A DNA stretch of 64,000 nt from assembly GCA_964016885.1 (NCBI GenBank), contig OZ024741.1, positions 220,472,001 through 220,536,000 on the forward strand, read 5' to 3'. Under the pieces are notes generated by a model. The model ran no database searches and had not been told where the DNA came from. It was given only the letters and a program-made list of their open reading frames with translations. The position numbers were made by a program, and so were the translations under genes. Below, piece after piece: positions 50,911 to 63,897 of the stretch (its first letter is position 1; each line of letters starts with the position of its first letter). Source of the DNA: Eledone cirrhosa (taxonomy: Eukaryota).

Positions 50911-52794
50911 TTACTTACCTTCCGGGGTCTTGTGAAGGTCGGGTGGTTCGACCTCCATGGTTTGTGGGGTTTCTTTTGGGAACCCCTTTAATAGTCTTGA
51001 CGTGGGTTTTACGTTCGGGGTTCCCACATCCCGAGGAAAGCTCTTTCGAATTTCTTTGTATGAAGCGAGCGACATTCGCATCAGAAGCAAATTATCTGGT
51101 ACGCGAAATGTGCTCGCTTCAAATGTTTCCCCGTCTTTTTCGATGTTTGTGCTTCGTGCTACATGGGCCATCAATTCCTTGTTGGCCCTTCTGGCAAGCA
51201 CGAAGTTTTTAATGTTTTGTTGCTCGGGTTTTATTTGTTCGTGTGATTGTGGTGGTGATAGCTTTGTTAGTGTTGTTTCTATTGTGTCTGCGTTTGTTGT
51301 GGGTGGGGTGTCTGTAGTTTCTGATGTTTGTGTGTCTATTTGTTCTTGTGTCTGTTTAGCTTGTTTGCGTTTGGGGGATTTTGGTGGTTGTGTTGGTGAT
51401 GCTGTGGGGAAAATGTTTGTGTGGGTGGTGTGTGTATTTTTTTTTGTGGGTGTGTTTGTGCTTTGTGGATTTCTTTTTTTTTTGTGTTTTGTTTTTTGTA
51501 TTTTGGGGGACTTTGGTTTTCCCTCATCTTCACTGCTGGAGGATGAGGGGTCTGTGGCTGTGAGCGTGTTTGTGTCTGAGTGAGTGTTTATGTTCTTGTT
51601 CTTGTGTGTATTTTGGGGGGGAGGGGGAATGGGAGAGCTTTCCTCGTTTCCCCCCTGGGTGTGCAATTTTGGTGGTTCCATTGTTGACGGTGTTGCTGGT
51701 GGTCCTTGTCCCGGCGTCGCCAGCAGTGGAATCTTTCGACCCCTTGCGCTTTTCGGCAGTTGAGGGCAGAAGGCTCGCAAGTGTGTCGTTTCCCCACAAA
51801 GGAAACAATGCGGCCTTTTGCCCTCAGTCATTATATGCAACACCCTCCCGTTTTGGAGGCGGATGTGGTCCGGGATTGCTTTTACGTTTTCGGGTCTGAT
51901 TTGGAGCAGTATCTCCAGATCAACCCCGGACCAGTCGTCCCTGGCAGTTCTCGTTGCCTCTACCGGGACTGTATCCGTTCCTTCCACGATTACGCAACCC
52001 AGGAGCCACCACATATCAAGTCCTGGTGGAATCCTGGGAATGCGCACTCGTGCTATTCGTTTTCCCATGTGGGAGGGGTACATTATAACCTTGCTGGTTT
52101 TGCAAGGGGTCATTGAATGCTTCACAGCGAGGGCTTCAGACTTGAACAGCACCGAAACGGTGCCGTATTGCCTGCCCCTCTCTATGAAGTCTGTGTCCTC
52201 TCTGATGTATTTCAGTGCGGCTTCTATATCAGCTTGGGCGATTATCGCTGCCCTCTTTGTCTCTACTGAGATGCATCTGAAATGCACCGTTCTTTTTTCC
52301 ACTGCCTCAATGGCTTCTGCCGGGACAGTTAAGTTTGCCCAGGTCTGCTCTTGATTTATGATTTTCCAGGCCTGGGCCAACTTTTCCTCTCTGTTGGTTA
52401 AGTCGATGCTGTAGCATGGTCTCCTTTTAGCCGCTGCCACAGCAGCGAAGGTGTTCTTGTTGGTGTTGCTGCTGCTATTGCTGTTGTTGTTCTCCCCTGT
52501 GTCGTGGTTACCCTCTGTGCTGTTGGCCTTGTTGGTGCTGTTGCTGTCGCTACTATTACTCTCTGTGCTGTTCGTTTTGTTGGTGCTCTCGCTATTACCA
52601 CCTTCTGCGCTGTTCGGCTTGTTGGTGTTGGTGTTGTCGCTGTTACCACCTTCCGCGCCGCTCGGCCCGTTGGTGCTGGCACTGTTGCTGCTCACATTCG
52701 TGCTGGTGGCGCTCCTCGCCTCACCTCTCCTCTCAACGCTCAAGTCGTCGTTGCACGACAGCAGACCCGCCTCTAGGGGGCGTGGCTCCGCCAT
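50911..52794 (-). CDS. ORF1 gag-like nucleic-acid chaperone (627 aa) with a CCHC zinc knuckle
   Basis: Uninterrupted ORF. CFLCGETTHLRAFC knuckle, RRM-like central region, low-complexity S/N/T/P termini. Confidence 0.9.
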   Translation of the reverse strand: MAEPRPLEAGLLSCNDDLSVERRGEARSATSTNVSSNSASTNGPSGAEGGNSDNTNTNKPNSAEGGNSESTNKTNSTESNSSDSNSTNKANSTEGNHDTGENNNSNSSSNTNKNTFAAVAAAKRRPCYSIDLTNREEKLAQAWKIINQEQTWANLTVPAEAIEAVEKRTVHFRCISVETKRAAIIAQADIEAALKYIREDTDFIERGRQYGTVSVLFKSEALAVKHSMTPCKTSKVIMYPSHMGKRIARVRIPRIPPGLDMWWLLGCVIVEGTDTVPVEATRTARDDWSGVDLEILLQIRPENVKAIPDHIRLQNGRVLHIMTEGKRPHCFLCGETTHLRAFCPQLPKSARGRKIPLLATPGQGPPATPSTMEPPKLHTQGGNEESSPIPPPPQNTHKNKNINTHSDTNTLTATDPSSSSSEDEGKPKSPKIQKTKHKKKRNPQSTNTPTKKNTHTTHTNIFPTASPTQPPKSPKRKQAKQTQEQIDTQTSETTDTPPTTNADTIETTLTKLSPPQSHEQIKPEQQNIKNFVLARRANKELMAHVARSTNIEKDGETFEASTFRVPDNLLLMRMSLASYKEIRKSFPRDVGTPNVKPTSRLLKGFPKETPQTMEVEPPDLHKTPEGK

Positions 52795-53029
52795 GTTTTT
52801 TTGAGAAAAAAATTATTATTTTTTTTCAAAATAAAGTTCAAATATTTGGGCCAAAAGGCCCAAATATTATGAGTTATTCCTTCACAGGATACAAATTAAT
52901 GTCTTATAATGCTTCAGCGGTACAAAAAATAAACAATTCTCTACAATTAATCCTCAAAAAATTGCTTACTCACGGAGCTTCAAAAAACGTACATCCACTT
53001 TCGTCAATAATAATAATAATAATAATAAT

Positions 53030-53645
53030 CAGTCATTCAGTATGAAGACATGGAAAACGACACTCCTTTTGAATAGTGAAACAAAATCACTGGAAGCTGG
53101 AGAAGTTAATATTAATTGTGGAATTTTTCAGGGTGACTTCAGGGAGACCATTGACCATATAATTTCAATGTGCAGTCCTATAGCTCCAACCGAATACCTA
53201 AACAGGCATGACAGAGCTGCACAATACATACATTGGATAATGTGTAAGCATTTTGACCTGCCCCATCAAAAGAATTGGTGGGAGCATCAACCACCTCCCA
53301 TACTTGAAAAAGATCACATCTCAATCTTGTGGAACTTTAGCATCCAAACAGACCGAAAAATAGATGCAAACAGACCTGATATAATATTGAAAGACTTTCA
53401 AAAGAGGGTATGCCTGCTAATTGATATGTCTGTTCCAATAGACAAGAATGTATCTATAAAAACATTTGAAAAATTGAGCAAGTGTAAGGACCTGGAGATA
53501 GAAATTGGAAAAATGTGGAAATGGAGAACTAAAACAATACCAGTGGTTGTAGGCGCTCTGGGAATGATACCTAAGGGGTCTAATGATTACTTATCGCAAA
53601 TCCCAGGAAACCCGCGTATAGGAGAAATACAAAAGATAGTACTGG
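53030..53645 (+). mobile_element. R4/Dong-like RLE retrotransposon fragment with an internal deletion
   Basis: GIFQGD is joined directly to ETIDHIISMC..RHD..NRPDIILKD..LIDMSVP..K. It begins right after (AAT)n. Confidence 0.85.
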
Positions 53646-53649
53646 AGAT

Positions 53650-54528
53650 TATTAAAGAGTTTGTAATATCTATGGTTGGAGGGGGGGGGGCATGTTTAGA
53701 TAGGATAGAGAAGAAGCGTTTAGGGATATTAGTGGCTAAGATAGATGAGAATCTAGATAGATAGATGAGAAAGCCAGGTGATATTTCTAGGCCTATTCCT
53801 TCTAGGGATTCTAGTGGAGTTGGTGGGGGCCTTCATAGGGTTATTATTACCTGGGCATTTGTTATTTGTCATCCTATTGCTCATTCCTATTCTAGGGTTG
53901 TTTTTAGTTTCCTACTTGGAGTGGGAAGAAGGCCACTGCCACCATTAAGGTTCCCTGTATAGGTGCTGTTACTGCTAAAATTCCGGCGAATCTGGCTAAG
54001 GTATTTCGAGTTCTAGTGTTAATTTTATTATGGTTGTGGTGAAGTGCTGTGTTATGGCATTTAGGTATGTAATAAATGGACTGTTCATAACCAGATTCAG
54101 AAAGAGCCTTATTATAATATGCCGCATGGTTTATAAATATCTCCTCATTTGCTGATAGCATGGAGATCCTATACGAGATAGATTTGATTACTGCTCTGAT
54201 GACTGCCGGTGGGTGGTTAGAGTGTGGGATAATATATCTAAGTATTTCACCTGGTTTATGATAAGGGTAATATACGTTATTGTTAAGATCTAGATCTGGG
54301 GTAACGTCCAGGAAGTTTACTACTTTATGGTTCGGTTCGATGGCAATAGAGAGACAGTTATTTTTAAAGAATCTATGTAATTGGTTTTTGAGCAAGTCAA
54401 TGCCTCAATTAGTGAAATTGTGGACTGCGAATAGGGCGTCGTCCCTATATATTCTGCCTTGCAAGGGTTGAATTTCAGGTCTGATGTTATGTAATAGGTA
54501 AATTCCAACTAAATCGGTGATTTGCGGA
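53650..54528 (-). mobile_element. Penelope-like RT fragment
   Basis: QGRIYRDDALFA (rc of ~54425-54460), VNFLDVT, YYPYHKP, YI..SNHPP, RISMLS, YYNKAL..SGY. Confidence 0.85.
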
Positions 54529-54818
54529 TTATTATTATTATTCTCTACATTCCTTACATTATACTAAAACTATGTTGACAATCTTTTAATAATGTCTTCC
54601 TTGGGAAATTTGTGGTCTTGTTTTGCTTAACTAATGAATATTTCCAGCTCTGTGCACCTAACCTCTGCAAGAACCCAGCCACCAAGCTGCCTTCCACTGC
54701 ATATTTCACATTGAGCACATGGCTTTACGCTTTGGCTTCTAACTAATTCACCAATCTCTCTTCTCTCCTATCTCCTTTCCTATCCCCATCTCTCTCTTTA
54801 AGATTGGTTACTCTTGAA

Positions 54819-54822
<4 letters not shown>
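54529..54822 (-). mobile_element. Family C long copy (inverted relative to 47052)
   Basis: Reverse complement of 17327-17634. Confidence 0.85.
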
Positions 54823-54912
<90 letters not shown>

Positions 54913-54989
54913 AATATATATATATATATATATGTACTCATATATATATATATATATATATATATACAAATATATATATATATATATAT

Positions 54990-56608
54990 AATCAGGTATT
55001 TTCTAATGTTTGTTGAGTGAGTTGGAATTTGGTCGGTGTATCACTAATAGCTCTCTCCGTTTATGTATTAATGTATTTACTCTTGGGGCACCAGATATGA
55101 ACTTTCCCCGTATAAGGTATGAATCTCTTTGTTTATTTTTTATATGAATATTGATTGTTTGTTCTTGTATCTCATTCTGTTATTTTGCCTGAGAAAATAT
55201 CTCTATGTGTCATTAAGCGATGGACACATATATTTATTTTTTCATATCAAATTGAGTTCTTCGCACGTGGCTTGAATTCTTGTCAGAGTTCAACGACCTG
55301 CGCATGTAATATTTTTGGCGGTAACCTCCTTCCTCCCATCTTCGGGACAGTGTGAGATTTTCTTTAGAACTGCTGGACTCACAACCTAACGGTTCCCTCT
55401 GATATTTTGCTTGTTTGGAGACATCCTCGGGTCCAGCTCTGGTTCTTAATATCCTTTTCTCTGTAATATCTTGTTCTAGTTTGAGAAACTCTACAAACTT
55501 ATAAATGGTTGGGTGGTTATGACCCAATGATAATTGAAGACTTCGGTGCCACCCTTCTAAAGAATTGTTGGTCCTTTGTAGGTCTCCTGGAACACGATCA
55601 AAAATACTCCAGAATTCGGGTATAAAAATGGCATCCCTTCTACAACGGCGGAAGGGGCGGCCAATCCATGTGTCTTCGAAATAATGTGTTAATTCTTCCA
55701 ATTCCTGAGGCATAACATCTTGCAAAGATTCAAATACTCCACAAATATCGTCAACTGGCACAAAGGCTAAAACTACTAACATCTTACATTATCCACGAAT
55801 ATGTTCCTCGCTTATATAAAGCTGAGTAAGATTTAAATACTGGATTTTCCTCCATACGCTTTGAGCGAGGTGAAAAAAGTAACCACTTATTTGCGTGCTT
55901 TCAAAAACAGTTGTAAATGCATTTTGGAATGCCTTTTCAAAATTACAGAGCATATGTACCGTCTGCAAGCCAGTTTTTGAATTCTTTAAGGTGTTCAATA
56001 TTTTTTTCAGTCGAAAATATCAACATTCTTTTGGTATCGTCACTGCCGGAATCGTGCAATAAAAAAGGTTCGCCACTGTGTGTTACACGCAAATGTTCAG
56101 GTAATACAATATCACTAACATTATCAGGTGCTGGAATTGACTCACCATCTCGTTTTCTACGGCGCTGAATACTTCGTTGCAATGAAGTATACTTAGGGAG
56201 TAAAATTGTTGCTTCATCTGGCAAAGAGACTTGAGCCTCTTGGATCATTCTTCTCGGGACATCATTAGATGCACCAGCTCGTTCATGAATGTTTGAAACC
56301 ATCTGCTTCATCCTTGATACTGCTGGCTGCGGCACATGGGTATGCGTTGTAATATCTTCCCATAAACTTTCATTAACATGGATACGACCTTTGCATTTGT
56401 CTTCAGTACAACGCCAAGACTCTTTTGCATTTCTAAGTTTTCTATCTAAAAGATAGCAGAATCCATTTAATAACATGTGCTCCCGTCCTTTCTCTGATAA
56501 TATCCGCTCCATAGGGCTCGTTTTTTAGTCTTAACTTGGTAAATGTAAACCTTTGGATTTTTGAAGAAAATAAATTATTTGGAACCACAAGTGATGTCAT
56601 TCTATTTC

Positions 56609-56676
<68 letters not shown>

Positions 56677-56811
56677 TTATATATCGTTTTGCAGTCCTTG
56701 CGCTAAATTGTCATACGGTGAATTGTCGTTGCGCTAAATTGTCGTTGCGCTAAATTGTCATGCGCTGAATTGTCGGCGCTGAGTTTTCCTGCGCGGAATT
56801 GTTGGTTCACG
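54990..56811 (-). mobile_element. Degenerate MULE/Mutator-like DNA transposon (FLYWCH + DDE)
   Basis: LLNGFCY..WRC..CKGRI..HTH (FLYWCH), WLADGT, CNFEKAFQNA, GYFFHLAQSVWRK, YFEDTWIG, RTNNSLEGWH. Subterminal GCGCTAAATTGTC repeats at 56699-56805. Confidence 0.88.
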
Positions 56812-56840
56812 ATATATATTTGTATATATATATATATTTG

Positions 56841-56912
<72 letters not shown>

Positions 56913-56927
56913 ATATATATATATTTG

Positions 56928-56983
<56 letters not shown>

Positions 56984-56986
<3 letters not shown>

Positions 56987-57525
56987 AAATATTAAACAAA
57001 TAATGAACAAACAATTCCTTATATTAAACAAAAAAAGTTCACTATTTAACGATCGTTTCTAGGGTATATATGTGTTATAATTGGTATGCATATTTAACAG
57101 ATCTATGTACAAAATTATACAAAATTATACAAATTATCAAGATTAAATATACATACCTAACTCACATATACGCCGTCTTCAGAAATAATTTATTTCTGAA
57201 GACGGCGTATATGTGAGTTAGGTATGTATATTTAATCTTGATAATTTGTATAATTTTGTATAATTTTGTACATAGATCTGTTAAATATGCATACCAATTA
57301 TAACACATATATACCCTAGAAACGATCGTTAAATAGTGAACTTTTTTTGTTTAATATAAGGAATTGTTTGTTCATTATTTGTTTAATATTTTATCTTGAC
57401 TCTGTATACCGTTTATCTTTCACCGAAATTGGATTTTCATTACATCTCTTCTTTCCATGATATCCGGAATACATTGAGTTCTTCATACGGATTGGACACT
57501 ACCGTAAACTCTTGGTAGATTTATC

Positions 57526-57528
<3 letters not shown>
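56984..57528 (+). mobile_element. Solo pLTR of the Naiad-type family with a 410-bp perfect palindrome and a hammerhead motif
   Basis: Palindrome 56984-57394, apex ~57189. ATTT-CTGAAGA(57196)...GAAAC-GATC-GTT-AAAT(57334). The tail matches 43740-43877. Confidence 0.9.
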
Positions 57529-57562
<34 letters not shown>

Positions 57563-57575
57563 ATATATATACATT

Positions 57576-57612
<37 letters not shown>

Positions 57613-57625
57613 ATATATATACATT

Positions 57626-57686
<61 letters not shown>

Positions 57687-57698
57687 ATATATATATAC

Positions 57699-57729
<31 letters not shown>

Positions 57730-57730
<1 letters not shown>

Positions 57731-58352
57731 TTGAACACTGGCGAGAGCTTCAAGATAGTAAAGAATCATCTGTACGCTACCAACATGCTAAAATAGAGCA
57801 TAAGGGTAAATTAAAGAACATAGATATAAAAATAAAATCTACACACAGAAAAGACTCTATGTTTATACAAATCACAGAGGCAATAAACATAAATGAACTC
57901 CAACCAAAATTAAATAGAAAACATGAGTGGAACAGCAACATCACAACTTACAATTAAGGACAAAATGAAAACACACACACACATAGAACAAACAACCAAA
58001 CAGTAACATGTAAATAAACAAATAAATAAACAAATATAAACACACACAGACACCCGGATGTAACACATGCGCAAACTAAGCACACAACACACGCAAAAAA
58101 GAAGATGGCGTAGGACAGAACAAAGGAGAGGCACAAAAACAAAGAAAAGAATCCCCAGTCACTGAAGATGTCACAGAATGTATGACGAAAGAACTTTGAC
58201 AATATACGAACAATCGTCTGGTTGTAGAACCAACCAACCAACCGGAAATTTATAAATTCCTAAATTTATAAATTTAATTTATCATAAATTGAAGTGAAAC
58301 AACTGGTGCTTGTGTTTCTTATTGGCAACATAGCCCTCCCAAAGTATAACAA
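57730..58352 (+). mobile_element. Family D PLE: GIY-YIG C-terminal remnant + 3' UTR with a variant hammerhead (58158-58200)
   Basis: EH...QHAKIEH...[65 protein letters not shown]. Confidence 0.8.
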
Positions 58353-58389
58353 TATATATATATATATCTATATATATACAGATATATAG

Positions 58390-58594
<205 letters not shown>

Positions 58595-58644
58595 AATATA
58601 TATATATACAAATATATATATATACAAATATATATATATATATC

Positions 58645-59680
58645 TACAAATAAGGTAAATATTGATGCAATTCAATTCAAGCACTCAACGTACTTTTTCC
58701 ACTTAGGAGTGACGGAGTATATATCGAATAAGATAAAGCGAAAGAGTTTCAGATGTTAAAGTCCTTTAATGATAATGCTGTGATACATATTTCAATGACG
58801 ACAGTGGCCACACGGTTCGGTGCACTGGTGCCGTGACATCATCAGACAGCTTGTTACATAATAAGGTTATGTTTCCAAGGCAATCCAAATTGAATCGACA
58901 TGGGAACGGACAAAGCGTGTGCTCTTGGGTTCTTCTCCCGTTCCCTTGTGATTCCCAATTTACCCCCACCGGTCTGCGCAGGCGCAGGTCCGAAGGAAGT
59001 TGACCATCAACTACCGCAGACTTCTACGAAACTCGGCTAGGCAGGTCTCCCCCTCACCCAAACAATGACCCCATCCAACTTGTAATATGACACGGTTATA
59101 GTTTACTGCTAGCCGGCCGAAAGCCGGTGGGGATGGGAGAGTATGAGTATCAATAGGTCTCAATACTACCTCTAAATTAAGCATGGACAGTAGAATTGAC
59201 CATCTCCCGCTAAGAGAAACTATACTTATTTATAGTTATTATGGTTTCACAATGAAGATTATGAATGAGAGTTGGAAATTAAAACTAAAAATGATAAATA
59301 AAAAATAAAAAATAAAAAATAAAAAATAAAAAATAAAAAATAAAAAATAAAAAATAAAAAATAAAAAATAAAAATTAAAAATAAATTAAGAATTAAAAAT
59401 TAAAAAAAAATAAAAATTACAAGTTAGAATCTAGATTGAAGTAAGTGAAGAAATATATGTACATATAATCACTAATAAATAGGGAGATGTTTAAATTATA
59501 TTAATAAGTTATTAATATAATTTAAACATCTCCCTATTTACATTATGTAACAAGATGTCTGATGATGTCACGGCACTAGCGCACCGAACCGTGTGGCCAC
59601 TGTCGTCATTGAAATATGTTTCACAGCATTATCATTAAAGGACTTTAACATTGAAACTACTTCGCTTTTTCTTATTCGTT
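58645..59680 (-). mobile_element. PLE pLTR-type cassette: ~125-bp inverted arms, each with a hammerhead, around a 680-bp spacer
   Basis: 58738-58863 is rc of 59542-59666. The spacer has an (AAAAAT)-type run and a 64-bp hairpin at 59477-59540. Confidence 0.8.
58777..58850 (-). ncRNA. Type I hammerhead ribozyme (mirror copy at 59554-59627, plus strand)
   Basis: GCTGT-CTGATGA-TGTCACGGC...GTCGTCATT-GAAA-TATGTA-TC-ACAGC. AUC triplet. Confidence 0.7.
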
Positions 59681-59702
59681 ATACAAATATATATATATAT
59701 AT

Positions 59703-59798
<96 letters not shown>

Positions 59799-59816
59799 AA
59801 ATATATATATATATAT

Positions 59817-59961
59817 AACGAAGGAGTTGTGGTAAGGAACCAGATGGACCATAACGCACCAGAGTAGTCAATACTTTGGGTAGTAGAGTGGGTAATAGGA
59901 TGGGAAAATGTAAGACCCGGAGAAGAGAAATTGCCGTTTCGACAGGGGATCATACATTTTC

Positions 59962-59964
<3 letters not shown>
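59817..59964 (-). mobile_element. Family A copy 4
   Basis: Same core as 3912. Internal inverted repeat ATGGGAAAATGTA / TACATTTTCCCAT. Confidence 0.75.
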
Positions 59965-60032
<68 letters not shown>

Positions 60033-60089
60033 GATATATAGATATATATATATATATATACAAATATATATATACAAATATATATATAT

Positions 60090-60154
<65 letters not shown>

Positions 60155-60203
60155 AATATATATATATATATATATATATACAAAAATATATATACATATA
60201 TAT

Positions 60204-60244
<41 letters not shown>

Positions 60245-62579
60245 CACACAAATATATATATATATATATACAAATAAATATATATATATATACATATATT
60301 TATACATATATATATATACATATATACACACAAATAAATATATATACAAATATATATACATATATATATATATAATATTAATATTAAAATATAAATATTA
60401 ATAAAATAGATGTTCTTTTGATCAATTACATTTTATTATACATATTTCGGATGTACAACAGTACGTGCTCATCAGACAAAATATAATGATACATGATATA
60501 CTCTGAGATGTTAAATGGTTAAGATTTAATCAAGGTAGTGATTAACCTAAGAGAAGATTTAACATATATACCCTAATTATGAGAAACTGCGAAAACGTAA
60601 TAAATTCATTAGAGAATGTGTGAGTAAGAAAAACGTTGCTTAATGTAACTGTTCTAGAGATTTTAATATGTATGATACTACGATATATCTAGGAAAACAT
60701 CTCATGAATCATAACAGCCAGTGATAGCCACTGGAAAAGGATTTTCATAAGCCTAATGAAAACTTAAACTATGTTAGTAACTATTCAAATCACCCTAGAT
60801 CTGTAAAAGAAGCTATAGTAAATAGTGTGCAAAAACGTATTAATAAAATATCTGTCAATAAAGATATATTTGATAAAAACGCTGAATACTACAACAACGC
60901 GTTAAAAAGAGCAGGATATATAAATAATATAGAATATGTAGATAATAATAATCCAAGTATTATTCCTAATCATAATAATAAAAATAATAACATATATAAG
61001 ATAAACTCTAATAATTATAATTCAAACATCCATACGCTAAATAAATCGAGAATACGAACTAGATCTAAACCAGTCATATGGTTTGCCCGCCACCCCACCC
61101 TGCTTCGGTCGCAGTTAAAACACCAATTGCAAAATTATTCTTTAATGCTCTTAACACCTCTTTCCCTACTCAACATAAATACCATTCCATTTTTAATAGA
61201 CATACCATTAAATTCTCACATTATACAACCAGTAACATGGCCCAAAACATTGCCAAATTAAACACTAAAATCCTAAAACCAAACCACCATAATGATCCTA
61301 ATAATAGAGTTAACATAAATGATACTAAACCAAAATGTAATTGTAGAAATAAAAGTAATTGCCATTTGCAAATTAATTGTTTAGATAGTAATTTGGTTTA
61401 TAAAGATGCACCGTAAAAACTGATCACAAAACATACAACTACATAGGTTCGACCTCTTCCACATTCAAAGCCCGTTTTGCGAACCATAAATTCTCATTCT
61501 CGAACTCTAAGAGGAAATCATCCACGTCTTTATCACAGCTCATATGGTCATTAAAAGAGAAGAATTTAAAATACTCCATTCTTTGGACAAAACTTCGGAA
61601 CTGTGGAATTTACCGCAACTCTAGTATATCAAATAACTGCCCGTTCTGTACAATGGAGACCCTGTTGTTTATTAATAACTATGAGACCCTAATTAACAAA
61701 AAAGTTAATTATTCTCTAGTTGCCTCCATAAAGCTACGTCCATTTTTTTAGCCTCCCATAAAACGAGAAAAAAAAGAGACAATAATACTAAACCATTAAT
61801 AACTTGGTTACCAGGAATATATAATCAACAGGGAAAAACATTAATGGCCTTTAATATTGCTTTATATTATAGCTATCTATAGAAGAAATAACGCTCGAAT
61901 GAATGACACTTGTTCAATAACATGCCGGAACATTGATACACATAACATTATTTTATTAACTTTGATCAATACCATCATTTCTTTATTTCTTTATTTCTTT
62001 ATTTCTCTATTTATCTTCCTATCTATGCTTTAAAATTTAGTCTAATACCCAGTCCTAACATCTTTACGGAACTTATCTATAACTGTGAATTTTTAATGCA
62101 TTTTTGATCTCTTTTAAATTTTAGTTTAATACCCAATCCATACATCTTTACGGAACTTATATATAACTGAGAATTTTTAATGAGTTTTTTATCTCTTATT
62201 TATAGTATAATATAATATAGTATATGTATATATTTTTTTTTATCTATTTACTGCACTTTAAAATATAAAATTTAAAACAGATTCAAACTTATATATAAAT
62301 GTGAATTTTTGCTGCGTTTTTGATCTCTTATTTATAATATAATGTATTATAATATGTATGTGGTTATATATTATATTTTATATATTTTTAAATATTTTTA
62401 AATATACCTACCACATTTCTATATATATAATTCAAATATAGAGAAAATATCCAAACTAAAAATTATTATAGATATTATTTTGAACTCTGAATTATCCATG
62501 CACTTATTATTGTTTTTCTTATATATATATATGTATGTATTTAAATGTAACACGTTGAACTCTACTTTATAAAATTATA

Positions 62580-63366
62580 ACCGTTATCATTTACCTAAAG
62601 TATACTACACCACTAATACCTAATATATATCTATATATATATATATATATATATCCCTGTATCTTCCTATACACAATTTTTACTTAACTTCTAAATTTCT
62701 TGATTACGTACATTCTGAACTAAGAATAATTAATGCATTTACACCCGTTATATATAGGTATATATTTAGCCGTAACATGCCTCAATTTATTTTTATTTTC
62801 GTTATCATTTACCTAAAATATACTGGATCAATAATATATATCTATATACATAATTGTTATTTAAATATTTCTAACAATAAATACTTCAGAAGCTTTACAT
62901 ACCTAATATGTTGTTATCTTTGTTAAAGAATAATTAATATATTACACCCAGTTATACAAAGGTGTATATTTAACCTTAACATGCCTCAATCTATTATTTT
63001 ATTTTATTTTGTCTTCGTCGTTATTATTTACCTAAAATATACTGGCTCATTAATATATATCTATATACATAATTGTTATTTAAATATTTATAACAATAAG
63101 TACTTCAAAAGCTTTACATACCTAATATGTTGGTATCTTTGTTAAAGAATAATTAATACATTACACCCAGTTATACATAGGTGTATATTTAACCTTAACA
63201 TGCCTCAATCTATTATTTTATTTTATTTTATCTTCGTCGTTATTATTTACCTAAAATATACTGGCTCATTAATATATATCTATATACATAATCGTTATTT
63301 AAATATTTATAACAATAAGTACTTCAAAAGCTTTACATACCTAATATGTTGGTATCTTTGTTAAAG
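62580..63366 (+). repeat. ~219-bp tandem repeat (about 3.6 copies) in the PLE 3' UTR
   Basis: GTTAT(C/T)ATTTACCTAAA at 62583, 62801, 63020 and 63239. Confidence 0.9.
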
Positions 63367-63897
63367 TTTAAATTTAGGTGAATAATCAACAGTATAATAT
63401 TTCATTATTTATGTGCCAGCTAAATCCTTTAAATGTTATCCGCATAAAACTCAGAAGCTTAGAAATGATAACACACTTATTGAATTTATAAAACTAATAT
63501 ATAAATAACCAGCAAATAATCCTGAAATCTGGAGTCTTCACCCTAAATTAAATATTTTCAAATTTAACCGTTTAACTTTCGGAAAAAATCTCCTTCTGCA
63601 TATATTACGCCCCCCCCCCCTTTATCTTTCCCTCTTTATAGATCCTTTTCCAGTGGCTATCACTGGCTGTTATGATTCATGAGATGTTTTCCTATATATA
63701 TCGTAATATCATACATATTAAAATCTCTAGAACAGTTACATTAAGCAAGGTTTTTCTTACTCACACATTCTCTAATGAATTTATTACATTTTCGCATTTT
63801 CACCTAATTAGGGTATATATGTTAAATCTTCTCTTACGTTAATCACTACCTTGATTAAATCTTAACCATTTAACATCTCAGGGTATGTCATGTATCA

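Larger units (their letters stand above)
47207..53004 (-). mobile_element. Full-length L1-group (Tx1-like) non-LTR retrotransposon inserted in (AAT)n
   Basis: 5' UTR, ORF1, ~30-bp spacer, ORF2, and a 3' UTR with AATAAA near 47215. (AAT)n on both sides. GC content far above the flanks. Confidence 0.95.

Noticed and set aside
47656-52804. Many plus-strand ORFs overlapping the Tx1-like element
   Set aside because: Antisense shadows of GC-rich coding sequence with no recognisable motifs.
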